Assembly: GCF_004010195.1 (NCBI RefSeq)
Contig: NC_057719.1
Location: 10,438,206-10,480,324 of the forward strand
Length of the DNA: 42,119 nucleotides
Direction of reading: 5' to 3'
Origin: Chiloscyllium plagiosum
Taxonomy: Eukaryota
This document shows positions 24,506-37,512 of the stretch, one piece after another; position 1 is the first letter of the stretch, and each line of letters opens with the position of its first letter. A program made the translations under genes and the position numbers. The notes below the pieces were generated by a model. It did no database searches and had not been told where the DNA came from. It saw only the letters and a program-made list of their open reading frames with translations.

Positions 24506-25849
24506 CAGAGTGAATCAAACTTTTACAAATTAGGTTATTGGTTGATTTCTCACAATAAAAAGGTTAGCTCTCCCGACTCCTGGACTAAAATAAGCAGGTT
24601 GTAGAGAGGTCGTAGTTCATAACTGCCTGCCCCTCCCCCATGGCTACATTCCTGCCTGGGATCCTTGGAGAGGGACCATGCGATATCCCCGGGAGCCTCA
24701 AAGCTTATTGAGAGAAGTGGGCACCATAGCTGCTGAGGTGCATTATATCCGTCTCCATTTTCATTCAGTCCCTTCCCTTGTTTCCCCACCTTTTTGGCTT
24801 TTATTTTAAACACAGTCTCCGGTGGGCAGTATTTACTGTTTGATAACTGTAATTGGAGAATTGAATAAACTGGTAGAGAGCTAAGTTCCTTTGCAGTGGT
24901 GGGGGGGGGTGTTTCTGGTCAGGAGAATGATCTAGAAGAGAAAAGGTGGAGGCTGATGTTTCAGATTCTGTGATCCACCGTCCCATGTGAAAAAGCAACA
25001 TAAGAACAGTATTCACCATTCGTCTTCTGAGTTTAAGTCCATGCCTCGTAGCTACTGGGTTAGCGGTTGTGCCAAGCAATCTACTAAAGTTCAGTTCATC
25101 CATAACCCCTGCAGTATCATAAAACCTTCAATAGCTGCCTGAACGGACTCTTTCCCAGCAAAAGTATTCCATTTCCCTGGTCTCTCACAATTGCAGATCC
25201 ATGTTTTATCCTGTGAAAACACACAGTCAGCTTCTTTCTCATCTGACAACAACTCAAGTACCAACGTGATTCAGTTCCGCTCTCATTTCTGATATTCAAT
25301 GATGGTATTGTGTGAATAAAGTGATTTGGACTCCATCTAGAGCTGAAGCCAGGATCTTAAACAAACTTTGTTGTTTCATGCTATTGAAGACACGGCTGAT
25401 GTTCACTGTTCACCTTCCGTTTCCATTGCCACTCCTCCTTCCCCAGTACTTGGTAATCCCAATCCTCCCAATCTAGTCTAATGCTTCCCTATAACCTTTA
25501 CTTGTTTTTTTTGATACGGCACCTCCCTTCTCCATCATCCCGACCCTTAACACTAATCTTCCTGCCTCTGCTTCTATATCAAGTGACTATTGGGGCCACA
25601 CCTATCTCTACACTGATGACGCTCCAGCCATGGCTAATGCTTGGTCACTGAAAACATTTTTAGGGCTCCTAAAGCTTTATGGTCATTCCCTGAAAACTTG
25701 TCAATAAAAAAAAAAGTGTTGCCTCTCAAAAAAAGTGTTGCACTGTCAGGAATGGAGGCAACATGCAGAAGATAGAATCTATGCCAAGTAGAGTTCAGCT
25801 CGTAGGGATGACGAAAAGATATTATGGATGATTACAAGAATCTAACTTT

Positions 25850-26180
25850 ATTGATTTGATTTGATTTATTGTTGGCACATGTACTGAAGTACAGTAAAGT
25901 GTTTTGTTTTACATGTGGCACAGGCAGATCATATCATACAATATGCATCAGGGTAATAGAACAGAGTGAGGAATACAATGTCATGGCTGCAGAGAAGGTG
26001 CACAAAGAGTGAGATCCACATTAAATTTAAAATTTGACAGGTCCGTTCAGAAGTCTAATAACAGCAGGGCAGGAGCTTTTCTTGAAACTTTTGATACCTG
26101 TGTTAATGTCAGCTGCCTGAGGAAGAGGTTAGAAGAGATTACAATCGGGGTGGGATGGGCCTTTGATATGTTGGCTGCGG
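25850..26180 (-). mobile_element. Retroposon (L2/Rex-like) 3' end with (CAAAT)n tail
   Basis: Clearly homologous to 38605-38885. The minus strand ends aataaatcaaatcaaatcaa. Confidence 0.7.
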
Positions 26181-27234
26181 GAAGTATAGATGATAAAGGT
26201 GTGGATGATGTAGAATCATAACAGTGGTTTGGAAAATCTAGTTGCATCTGAGCCCAGCATTTAGAGTACAGGACTGCAATCATTTCAATGAATAATTGTT
26301 GTGAATTGGCAGTGAAAACGTAGATCATCTCATTTAGTTCCTGGGCCATTGGCATATTCTGTAAACTCCCATGCAACAGCAAATACTGCTGTTGACAAGC
26401 AATACAATCTGCAAGGCTTGATCTGCAATGATGTTAACCTTTCAGGATCAAAGATTGCAATGCAATCAGTGTTTAATCAGGAAACCTTCAAGAGTTTACC
26501 ATTGCAAAATAAGATGTCCAGAACAATTTATGCTAATATATTACAAATTTATACATTTAAATTGAGGTTGTTGGTGTCAATTCAAATGCAAATGACACTT
26601 GATTGAGGTGCTTGTATAACATTCAATAAATTGCAGACCAAGTACACCAGATGTGAAGTGCAGGAACACACCAAAAAAACTATGACTGAAATATTAAAAA
26701 CAGAAGAACTGATTAGTTTTGAATTTGTTGTAAGTCACTGATTTAAACAGAAATCCTTTTAAATCTACAGAAAAACTGATTAGTTTGGACTAAGGTTCCC
26801 CCGTGTAATCTGTAAATACATCTGGCAAAATGCAGGCAAATGCATCTGTCAGCTCAGAATGAATTCACCGAGACTTTCAACAGCTCCTTCTCCCTCTAAA
26901 AATGAGTGGATAGACAACATCAACTTACTGCCAGAGGCTCGAGTCTTTCTCCAAAGTCCAATTTCCTCATTCTAAGGAAGGAATTCCTCATCATCATGTG
27001 ACAACTACAGTTTTGAGATTTGGATTGACTTAGGCCATCAGGCTAGCAATCACTTGTCAAAGTGGCAAATTTTGGGACTCCTCACTGTGCAAGTGTTCCA
27101 TTTCCTAGCCCCACTCAACCAAATTATAAGTAATTAGCCACAGTCCACCAAGGACCATTGTGCATCTTGCTCCAATAAAAAGGTTATCTGGTTTTGCATA
27201 GCTTAAAAAAATCTGGGGCTCTTTCCTGGATTAT

Positions 27235-27870
27235 AAGATATAGGAACAGAATCAGGTTATTCAGCCCATTGAGCCGGCTCCCTCATTCTATCATGGCTGA
27301 TGTGTTCCTCAACCCCACTCTCCTGCCTTCTACTCGTAACCCTTTACCAATCAAGAACCTGTCTATCTCTGGCTTAAATCCACTCAATAACTAGACCTCA
27401 CAGCCTTCTACAAATAGATTACTCACTCACTGACTGAAGAGATGTCTCCTCATTTCAATTCTAAATGGTTGTTCCTTCACTCTGAGGCTATGCTTTCAGT
27501 TTGTAATCTCTCCTATCATTGGAAACCTCTCCTCCACGTCAACTTGATCCAGGGCTCTCAGTATTTCAGTCAGATCCCCCTCTCATCCTTCTAAATTCTA
27601 TTGAGTACAGACCCAGACTACTCAACCGCTCCTCATATGACATCAGTTGTCTACTAGCAGTTTCTTTAAGGACCATTACATAAAACATAGAACATTACAG
27701 CGCAATACAGGCCCTTTGGCCCTTGATGTTGCGCCGCTCTGTCATACTAATCTGAAGCCCATCCCACCTACACTATTCAATGTACGTCCATTTGCCTGTC
27801 CAATGACGACTTAAATGCACTTAAACTTGGCGAATCTACTACCAATGCAGGCAAAACATTCCATACCCTT
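27235..27870 (-). mobile_element. Two adjacent CR1 3' fragments (27235-27640 and 27680-27870)
   Basis: The first matches 7782-8350. The second starts with an aacatagaacat tail typical of CR1 3' ends. Confidence 0.75.
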
Positions 27871-28214
27871 ACATTAGTTAGATGACTTGCTGTCTGGTTC
27901 AGAAAATACCCAACAGTACCTCGATTTATATATTTCCAAAATACATGCAGCCTGAAGCAAGCTCTTCACCCACTTACAGCCCTTTCTCTCATCTTTAAAG
28001 AGAGAAATGGGCGAGCACCAATTAAAAATTACCCATTAAAACCAATTTCAGTTTTAAAACTGCCATCTAATTGAGGTAAGTGAACCTCACACAGACCAGA
28101 CTCGAGATGCAAAAAGTATGTGGCTCATCAAAACCGTGGCAACTCACACAAAGAAAAATTCAGGTAGTTGCTTATTCGCCATATCACTCCAAGTTTTTTT
28201 CCAATTATCTGTCC

Positions 28215-28600
28215 AACTTGTTTCAGAAGGTTGAACCTACATCCACTTAATCCATCAAGCAATTCATTACAAATCCCAAGTACTGACTGAGTGAAAAAAT
28301 TTACTTCCCGTCTCATGTTCTTTTGCCTAATGTGTAAAATCTCTGCCCTCTGTTTATCAACCCATTAGCAATTGGAAAAAAGTTTCTATTCACTTTGATC
28401 TAAATTCCTCATAATTTAAAAAATCTTGATCAAATTTCCTCTTAGCCATCACTACCTGCGAAGGAATCACAACTCTGTGGTCAGCCATGAAAATGATATC
28501 CCTTATCCAAGGAACCATTTTATTAAATCCCTTCTGTGCACTTCCAAAGCCTTGACATCCTTTCTAACATGTGGTTATATAGAATTGACCTAGATTTTGT
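28215..28600 (-). mobile_element. Old CR1 fragment
   Basis: Remnant FFTQSVLGICNEL. Confidence 0.55.
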
Positions 28601-31600
28601 ATACCTTCTTGGCTTTTGTACTGTATTTATGATGCTTGGAATGCTAACGCAAAATTTTAACACTCTAGATTCTGGGGATCTGACACAAGGACAGAAAATG
28701 CTCGAGATAGGTCAGGCAGCAGCAGTGGAGAGCGAAAGAGTTAATGATTCAGGCCAATGAACTTCCATCATGAAACATGAAACAAAATCTAGGGCTGAAC
28801 TTGCCCTCCCCCATGGCCACAAAAAAAAATCAGCTAATTCACAACTTCAAGGAGTTTCATGGAGTGTTCCCCTCCGTGAGCCCTGGTGACCTTTCTCACA
28901 CAATTTTACACTGCTCACCTTATTAGGTACACATGCACATCCATGGCACCACACGAGTGGAATCTTGCACTCAGTAGCTGTGGAAATGCTAACACTTCAC
29001 CATGTCCTTGGTCTGGAGGAATGTGCAGCAATGTCACAAGAAGTTTAATTACTTTCTGTATTCCAGAAGAGCAAGCACTTTCTCCCTGCTGCCTCACACT
29101 CACTAATTCCACCACTGCACCCACCAAACCCATGGTTTACCACTCTAAATACTGTGTGCTGCACTTTCCCTCAATGACTCTCACCTGCCCATTGCATCCC
29201 CCAAATATTGATCCTTCCTGTCCTCTGTACCTCCCATTTACTCATGAAACCTCACCATTTTTCCTGACCAATGAGCAGACCAAGCCCCTGGTTGAACATA
29301 GTCTCCCTTGACTGCTCACTGCCAAGAAAGACAAGTTCCCGAACTATCTGCCTCAGCAAAAGGTCAAGGCAAAGATGTTGTGAGCATCCAAGTGGGCACA
29401 AAGTGAGTAAAGACTAAGGAAGCAAAGCAAGCATTGCAATGTTAAAGTGCCAGCGAGAATTGAAGTGCTGAATGCTATTTTGAGACTAAGATGTGTCATG
29501 ATGATGTACTGAGGCAGGTGTTTGGGCGATGCCAATCTCTGGACAGAGAGTACAGGCAGTCGCCAACCATGCAGTGTGCCCTGAGATGTTGGTGAATGCT
29601 GTCCAAGATTGAGTTCCCCTTCCCCGACCAAACAGAAGGCCTGTAGCCAACAGGTCTCCTCTAAGACTTTCATGTTAGGAATTGTCAATATCTAGCTTCT
29701 CTCCACTGCCTGGGAAAATAGCAAACTGCATGTGTACTAATGAAATGTTGGTGCACATAAATGGCTCCCTTGTTACTCACTAGCAATCTTCTCATCTAGC
29801 TATTGAAAGGCTGTTTGGAAAAATACCACTTCTCTGTTCTCACCATATCTTCCCAACTGACTTATGACTGCCTGTGAATTCCAGGGCCTGGGCATGCTCA
29901 GCTCCTTGTCTCTGTCCATAGGTGCTGCCTGACCTACTGAATATACCCAACACCTCCTGTTTTCACTGTCTTTATGAACTGCTTAGTTAAGCTCTCCAAT
30001 CATCTGCAAATGGTGTTTGTGTACAAACACCTTCAATTCTTTACAGAGTCGTTACACTGCAGAGGGAGGCTGTTTGACCCATCTTATCTGTTTCTCCAAA
30101 ACTGTACCGTTTAGATTTGCTGGTCTTGCTCTCTCTCCATTCCTCCTACTGAATGGTACCAACTGGATTGCTCTCTGAAAGTCAGGAGTGTGCTTTAAAT
30201 AATCAGTCTGCAGTAAAATAAAGTCAGGAGGGAATGGGAGAGTGGGAGTGTGGTAATGATCATAAGACTTCAGCAGGTATTCGTCTCAATTGCTTCATGT
30301 TTTATCTCGATAAATATGGTGAACAGCCAGCTGCAAACCAATAGTTCTTGCCTCTACTCATATCAAAATGATGTCATTCAAGAAAGGAAGAAAAATAGAC
30401 CAGTTGACTCTTCGAGCCTGCTCCACCATTCATTAAGATCATGAGTTTAACCTCAACGTTGCATTCCTGATCATCCCTAATATAGCTGCTTTGGCTAAAG
30501 GGATCAAGGAATATAGGGCAAGACAGCAGGAGTAGGGTATTGAGCTTGATGATCAACCATGATGGTGGTCAAGGCTCAAGGCGTTAAATTGTCTACTTCT
30601 ACTCCTCTACCTACTATGTTATCATGTAAATGTGCCAATTTTCATGACGGTTTACCTTCACCAGTTTATCATCCTAACACTTGGTGGTGAGATAACGGTG
30701 AAAGGGGACAAATTGAAATCTTAAGGTGGCACTATTTGGATTTGATGTATTTATCTTTTGCAAGTCATACCCTGGAACATCCCATAATCCAACAGCACAG
30801 AACAGTCCATGGTCATCGTACTGTTGGTGTCTATCAATGCTTAAATGGATTGGAATGACATTTGAGAATGGGAGGAGAGTAGAATAAAATGTCAGGGTCA
30901 ATTTTTTTAAAAAGCAGCATAAGTGATTTATAAGGGTATGATAGACAGTCTAACAAAGATTTCTGTACGTGTCTATTTTAAACAGCAGCTTGTCAACTCA
31001 GAATGACAGCTTCTCAATATGTAAATTTAAATATAATAACTAAGGAACAAAGGCAAAATCTGTTCGTGATTTTTCAGCAGCATTTGAGGGATTTGTTCCA
31101 CAACAGGGTGCATCTTTTAAGATCTTGCCTGAAGCTACTATGTTGTTTTTTTACATTAAAAATCTGACTAAAGTAACAGTACAAAAGATCCGCCCCAGAT
31201 ATTCTTTGCACATTTAGCAAGGATCTGTCATCAATTTACTCTCAGGTGTATTGAATTCTCTGTTGGGTCCTGAACAAAACTGATCTGCTGTTGTCTCAAT
31301 GGCCCATGATATACAAAGGAAAATGTTGTGCTGTGGCAGTTCTTCAGGATGTACTGAGCATGTTACAATTCTGTAAATGCTAGTGTGACATTCTTTGTGT
31401 GTGCAAACAAATGTGAACAGATCAATTCCTGAAAGCAATTCAGAAGCACTAACTGTTCGAACAGTTTACCTGAAGCCTCCTGCATAATAACTTTAAGATA
31501 TTGATCAGTTGTAAATATGCAAGTGTTTAATGCTCCAAAATTACCTGTAGTCATTACTGTCACTGCATACCAATCCCTGAAAGTGAATCAACACCCAGAT

Positions 31601-33571
31601 ATCTACCTTGCTATAAAAGGTACAAATCCGATATTTAGAACTAACACTTTGAATCATATATTTTAATATAATAAGTATCTGCCACCATCACCACCTTTTA
31701 AACAGCTTCTACAAGACTTCAATCTTAACTTTGAGTTGCAATGAAAATGAGCTGTATTCTATTGATGTTTCAATTTAGCACCTACAATTAAGGGGGAAAA
31801 GAGCTTAAAGGGAAGTTATATGAAATAGGAGTCAATCATTCAAGTGAGATGCAGCAAGTTTCATCCAGAAACTATTATGTCATTGTTCTGTCTTTTCAAA
31901 TGTAATCAATTGTCTGCAATGAAGATTACCAAGAAACCACACAAATTTAGCTACCAAGCTTACTGTTCCCAATCTTTACCAACTCTACAATTTTTCAAAT
32001 GATGAATTTTCTTTTCTGGGAATCTGTTACACTTTAGGAAAAAAGTAACTTTCTTTAGCCGTCACTGTTTTCTCTCAAGTTTGCTCAGATATTTGAAACC
32101 ACACAAAGATGAGTGCAGGGTACACACATCAACATTTTGAGATTGGTGCACATATCTGCATTATTCACAACAAATAATCAATATTTTGAAATGCAGTGTC
32201 AAAGGACTAGTTAGTATTAGCAATCTTCCTACTCGTATTAGTTAGCCATTTTCTTTCTGGAAGTCTCTGTTTTGCAAGGCGTTTTCTGTTTCCACACAAT
32301 TCCCATTCCTTTGGAGAAAATATTTCAACTCTCAGTTCTCTCTCCCAATGGCTTTCATGAAAACCTGCAACCCACCAGGTGACACAGACAGATGTAAATC
32401 TGAGTCGCACCGTTCCAGGGTGAAATGGGTTAGCACGCTTACCTTTTGAGCCATGAGAAACCTGTCTGGTTAGCTTTCACTGATTACTTGAGGTTTAAAT
32501 TGTTTTAAGTAAGTAAAATTTGGTAGAATTGCTCTGTAGATTACGACATGAATTCTCAACCTTGAGCACTGTAGCAAATAGACAAGGATTATGAAGGCTA
32601 TAAGAAAGTGGGATAAATACACAATCAATTACAGCTGAAAAAAGATCAGTTTTTTGAAGAAAAGACATGCCAACCACACAAATGTCGGATAGAATCACTA
32701 TTCCCTGAGATGCATAAACCATGAAAACACAAATGCAGTAGAACTTGACTAAGTATGCAAATATTTCCAAACGATACCAAGAATATACACAAAGAATCCT
32801 AATGGTAGTCGATGACACAATGTTCATGTCCCATCTTGCCAGGCGAGAGCTCTATTGTGAAATGATGCAGTTCAGTTAGAATTAAAACAAGTAAGGTACA
32901 TTCACACACTAAGTGTTCAGACATCATTATGATTTGCAAATGCATTTTCCAATAAATTGAAAAATATACAATATCCTGATTCCATACTGACAATTACATA
33001 ACTGTGAAAAACAAAGCTTAAAATCAATTGGCTTAAACATGATCAGGAACAGGTTTAGATTTTGAGCCATTTATATTCACATGAATATACTATTCTAATC
33101 ATCTGTGAAGCAAGATGGATTTTTTTTAAAAAAGTGAATTCTTGAAGAGATTTAGAAAGGAGAATGAACACAAATCCTTCTGCTTCTCTGAGAATCAATT
33201 CTATTTACAAACTAATGGGTGGATTTGAAAATAATTTTAACCATTCAGCTGACTGAATCAGGACTGCAAGTTATGTTTCCTTGCCAATCTTTTCCTGCCT
33301 CTCCAGGTTCTGCAGATGCTAAACCCCCTCGACAACTAGAGTTTAAGTAGTCATTGTTCACCTATGAGCCTTGAACAACACCAGAGAATTGAATGGACAT
33401 CACCTCAAGCTCAATGACAGGGCAAAGGTGCACACTGCTATTTAGCAATTGATGGTGGGGTTCCCATTACTTGCCACCAGTCCAAGATGTTTGAGGTAAA
33501 GTGCATCCTGACTACCACTCCAGACTGTAATGGTCTGCAATGTGATGGAACCAGTGAGAGACATCAATCCA

Positions 33572-33738
33572 TCAGAAGTCACATGACACCAGGTTATAAT
33601 CCAACAGGTTTATTTGAAATCACAAGTTCTGGTTTAAAAGTTGTGCTTTGGTTTAAAATAAACCTGTTTGAGTATAACCTGGTGTCATGTAACTTCTGAC
33701 CTTGTCCAATCCAGTCCAACACTGGCACCTCCACACCA
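33572..33738. mobile_element. Fold-back PLE derivative, older copy of the 40202-40416 family
   Basis: Inverted arms tcagaagtcacatgacaccaggttata... and ...tataacctggtgtcatgtaacttctga (33572-33699), plus tail ccagtccaacactggcacctcca. Confidence 0.75.
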
Positions 33739-33881
33739 TGGCAAGCCATTGAACCGTCAGTCTGAGCACCCAGTTTGATAGGAGAGTGAATAATTCATTG
33801 CCAAAGAAATGAAAACATCCTATTTCATTCACATTGTAACAGGTCACAGGGTAATGAGTTGGCAAAGAGATTTGTTCTCAC

Positions 33882-34575
33882 CTTCAGTGCAGTACCGCCC
33901 CATATAGCTCGTGTTAGTACAGTCACAGGTAATCTCCCCTTCTATCCACGAGCACACTCCACCGTTTTCACAAGGATTCTCAGTGCAAATACCTTCCTTG
34001 TCCAGTCTCACTAAGTGACTCCCAAGCAGCACTGGCGCAGAGTCTCCATACTTCAAGTCTTCGATAAATCCTTTGAAGGGGGGTGCCCGTTGCACCAGGA
34101 CGGAAGTCAAGGTGGTCTCTCGAATGTCCTGGGGGACCCCACCCACGAATAGGTCGCTGGCCACCTTCATGTACTGCCGCTGGGGCTTGACCTCGGCTGA
34201 CCGTGTGTCCCCGTCCAGGACCAGCACGGTCCTGAGGAAGTTGCGGCTGACCATCAGAAAGTGCCACTTGCCATCATCCACCCTCCTGTCCATCTCCACC
34301 GAGGCTTCGTAGCAATCGATGCTGTACTTGAGCTGGACCCGGCCGCCGGCGATGGCCAGTTGCAGGAAGTCGCAGAAGCCGCCGTCGTCCAGGTACAGCA
34401 GAAGCGCTTCGGGCAGATTGGTCTTAAACTGGAAACTCAGGTCACTTCGACTGCCAGCCTCCCAACGCGAGAAGCGACTCCACAAACCGGGGCTCCCTGT
34501 GAACTCCAGCCCCAGGCAGATCCCAGCCAAGGGGCCCAGGAGCAGCACCAAGCAGAAAGAATCCATGGTTAACAT
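33882..34575 (-). CDS. nrxn3: Neurexin-3 alpha, first coding exon (signal peptide, LNS/laminin-G domain 1, EGF-A)
   Basis: Translation [27 protein letters not shown]...[11 protein letters not shown]...[14 protein letters not shown]...WHFLMVSR...[13 protein letters not shown]...DLKYG...[12 protein letters not shown]...CDC...YC matches NRXN3-alpha diagnostic motifs better than NRXN1/2 (recalled, not searched). ATG at 34575; a second in-frame ATG at 34566 has a strong Kozak context (ACCATGG). The exon ends at donor GAAG|GTGAGA in phase 1. Confidence 0.95.
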
Positions 34576-34665
34576 TGTGTTAACAGAAGCACAGATATAA
34601 ATGCACACACACAGCCAGGGGAGGGATAAAGCAAACAGACTAAACAAAATAGATTACTCCACCCC

Positions 34666-34746
34666 TGTTAACTCTGATTTCTCTCCACAGATGTTGCCAG
34701 ACCTGTTGAGCTTTTTCCAGCAATTTCTGCTTTCGTTTCTGATTTA
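34666..34746 (+). mobile_element. PLE-type terminal fragment within the putative 5'UTR
   Basis: gttaactctgatttctctccacagatgttgccagacctgttgagctttttccagcaatttctg; related pieces at 15615-15665, 35312-35445 and 40970-41060. Confidence 0.65.
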
Positions 34747-34951
34747 TGGTTCTTTCTTTAAGAAAGAAACAATTCCCCGCTCACAGCAAGATGTAGTTTA
34801 AATCCACACTGGTCAAAGTCTGAGAGGTCATCAGCTGAGTTAGATCAAAGCAATCCCTCGAATACTGGCAGATCCCCAGTTTTAGAAGATTGTCCACATC
34901 CCAAAGGCACAGGCAGCGGACAATGAGAAAAATGCACAGCGAAGCTTTCAC

Positions 34952-34952
<1 letters not shown>

Positions 34953-34984
<32 letters not shown>
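34953..34984. repeat. (TG)16 microsatellite, (CA)16 on the mRNA strand
   Basis: Perfect dinucleotide run. Confidence 0.97.
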
Positions 34985-34985
<1 letters not shown>

Positions 34986-35271
34986 ACAAACAAATCTGAC
35001 CAACAGTTTGTCTAGATAGTCAAAGATGTAAACTCCTCTGAGTCGTTCAACAGAAAACCACCATCCACAGGGCAAAAACTGCACCGGTATTCCTCTCTGC
35101 GGACAGGAATATGCAGATCGATCCTGACTGTCACTTGTTGGATGCTATTAGCGTAACCCACAGGCGCCACATGATGCTTTTGTATCTGCTCCAGCCACAG
35201 AGAAGCCAAATCACCCCTGACAACCTGCAAATGAAATTAGAACATGATTAAAAACATGGATTTAATTTTAC

Positions 35272-35445
35272 AATCAAAAACAGAAATTGCTGGAAAGGAT
35301 CAGCAGGTTGTGATGCTGTCAGACCGCCTGAGCTTTTCCAGCAATTTCTGTATTTATTTCTGATTTCCATCATTCGCAGTTCTGTTTTTATTATGCATTT
35401 TTAATGCATTTGTTTTTGTTTCTGATTTCCATCATCTGCAGCTCC
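35272..35445. mobile_element. Decayed fold-back PLE terminal fragment
   Basis: acagaaattgctggaaag (35280-35297) is inverted against ttttccagcaatttctgt (35334-35351); the tttctgatttccatcat tail is duplicated. Confidence 0.6.
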
Positions 35446-35914
35446 TTAACTCTGCATTTTTGTTTAAATCACAGATCAAATAATTTAGAAACGCCTTCCT
35501 AAATAAACAATAGTTTTAAACTAGATTTTTCAATCGACCTGTTCAGTCACATCTCAGACTGGTGGGAGTCAAACTGGAGCTTCCTAGGCTTGAAGATGGG
35601 ACACTGTCACTTGGCTACAAGAGCAATGCCACTGAAGGTTAGCAGCTTCATCAAGCAGTGATTTTTGTAACTGAACAAAATCTGTCAAAACCCTCCGAAT
35701 ATCCCAAATTATAATTCACTCACACTACTGCTGATATGATAGATTCACTCATTCAGCACCCAGCTGGTCAGTCATCTGGGAGGGAAATATCTTTCCTTCC
35801 TTAAAATATTAAGAGAAATCTGAGGCTCAAGTCTCTGAATTAACTGAGAAAGTAAAAATTTGCTCTAAAGCTTTCTAGAACTAGTTATGACAGCCTAATC
35901 CTACAATAACTCAG

Positions 35915-36040
35915 CTCCTGACTCCCCAAAAGCCTGTCCACCATCTACAAGGCACAAACCAGGAGTGCGATGGAATACTCCCCACTTGCCTGGATGGTTG
36001 CAATTCCAACAACACTCAAGAAGCTGGCCACCATCCAAGA
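35915..36040 (+). mobile_element. CR1/L2-group LINE RT C-terminal fragment
   Basis: Reads SLSTIYKAQTRSAMEYSPLAWMVAIPTTLKKLATIQD. Confidence 0.7.
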
Positions 36041-36041
36041 C

Positions 36042-36257
36042 ATGGTGGCTTAGTGATTAGCATTGCTGTCTCACACCCAGATTTGATCCCACGTTTGGGT
36101 AACTGTTTGTGTGGGTTTCCTCTGGGTGCTCCAGTTTTCTCCCAGTGTGCAGGTTAAGTGGATTGGCCATGGAAAATGCAGGGTCCCAGGGATAGGATGG
36201 GGGTATGGTCTGGGTGGGATGCTCTTTGGAGGGTCAGTGTGGATATGATTCTATGAT
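36042..36257 (+). mobile_element. HE1 V-SINE with internal deletions
   Basis: atggtggcttagtgattagcattgctgtctcaca...gtgggtttcctctgggtgctccagttttctccc...ggattggccatgg. Confidence 0.75.
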
Positions 36258-36283
36258 CTAGGACAAGGCAGATCTCTTGACCA

Positions 36284-37512
36284 GCAGAAAGTGAGGACTG
36301 CAGATCAGTGTTTTCAGTGTGGTGCTGGAAAAGCACAGCAGGCAGCATCCGAGGCGCAGGAGAGTTGACGTTTCGGGCATAAGCTCTTTATTAGGAATGA
36401 GGCTTCTGGGTCGGGGCTGAGAGATAAATGGTAGTGTTGGGGGTGGGGCTGGGGGGAGGTAGCTTGGAAAGCAATAGGTGGATGAAGGTGAGGGAGACGG
36501 TGATAGGTCAGAGGGGACAGTGATGGATGGGTCTGGAGGGCAGTGCTGAGTTGGAGGCCTGGGACTGGGATAATATGCAGGTGGGGAGAAAATGAGGAAG
36601 CTGTTAAAATCCACATTTATCCCATGTGGTTGCAGGGTTCCAAGGCAGAATATGAGGCGTTCTTTCTCCAGGCGTCAGGTGCTAATGTTTTGGCGGTGGA
36701 GGAGGCCCAGGAGCTGCATGCCCTTGAAGGAGTGGGAGGGGGAGTTGAAGTGTTCAGCCACAGGGCAGTGGGTTTGGTGGGTGCAGATGTCCCAGAGATA
36801 TTCTCTGAAATGATCCACAAGAAGGCGTCCTGTCTTCCCGATATAGAGGAGACCACACCGGGTGCAACGGATGCAGTAGATGACATTGGGAGAGGTACAG
36901 GCAAATTTATGGCAGATGTGGAAGGATCCCTTTGGGCCCTGGACAGAGGTGAGGGGAGTGGTGTGGGTGCAGGTTTTGCACTTCCTGCAGTGGCAGGGTA
37001 AGGTGCCCGGAGTGGGGTGTGGGCTGGTGAGGGGTGTGGATCTGACAAGGGAGTTGCGGAGGGAATAGTTTCTTCGGAATGTTGATAGGGGCGGGGATAG
37101 AAATGTATCTCTGGTGGTGGGGTCTGTTTGGAGGTGGCAAAAGTGGCAGAGGATGATGCGTTGTATGCGGAGGTTGGTGGGGTGGAAGGCGAGGACCGGG
37201 GTGGGGTTCTGACCTTGTTGCATTGGGAGGGGTGGTGTTCAAAGGCGGTGGTGCATGAAGTGGAGGAGATGCGCTGGAGGGCATTGTCAACCATGTGGCA
37301 AGGGATCAATGTTTCAGGCATAAACCCATCATCAGGAATGAGGCTTATGGGTCGGGACTGAGAGATAAATGGGAGGGGGTGGGGTTGGGGGGAGGTAGCT
37401 GGGAAAGTGATAGTTGATGAAGGTGAGGGAGAAGGGCTGGTGGGGGTGTGGACCTGACAAGGGAGTCCTGTTCCTCGGATGCTGCCTGACTTGCTGTGCT
37501 TTTCCAGCACCA
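36284..37512 (-). mobile_element. Penelope-like element 3' portion (GIY-YIG endonuclease remnant) with 15-bp TSD
   Basis: ORF 37223-36675 reads PCHCRKCKTC...NVIYCIRCTRCGLLYIGKTGR...PVAEHFNSPSHS (Cys cluster plus GIY-YIG, Neptune-like). Direct terminal repeats at about 36365-36500 and 37305-37430; inverted tail at 37466-37512. TSD cagatctcttgacca at 36269-36283 and 37513-37527. Confidence 0.9.

Larger units (their letters stand above)
34576..35224 (-). other. Probable 5'UTR portion of the nrxn3-alpha first coding exon
   Basis: Candidate acceptor ctaatttcatttgcag|GTTGTC, with the exon starting at 35224. An alternative candidate acceptor, tctattttgtttag|, would start the exon at 34639. No transcript evidence is available. 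Confidence 0.45.

Noticed and set aside
132..33800. Numerous 60-140 aa ORFs outside the named elements
   Set aside because: Mostly non-ATG starts with no domains or splice support, as expected by chance in intronic DNA.
33980..34600. Overlapping and antisense ORFs within the neurexin exon
   Set aside because: Shadow frames of GC-rich coding sequence with no recognisable domains.
34576..34647. N-terminal 24 aa of the 267-aa ORF call
   Set aside because: It starts at a non-ATG codon; the first ATG is at 34575 and the signal peptide follows it.
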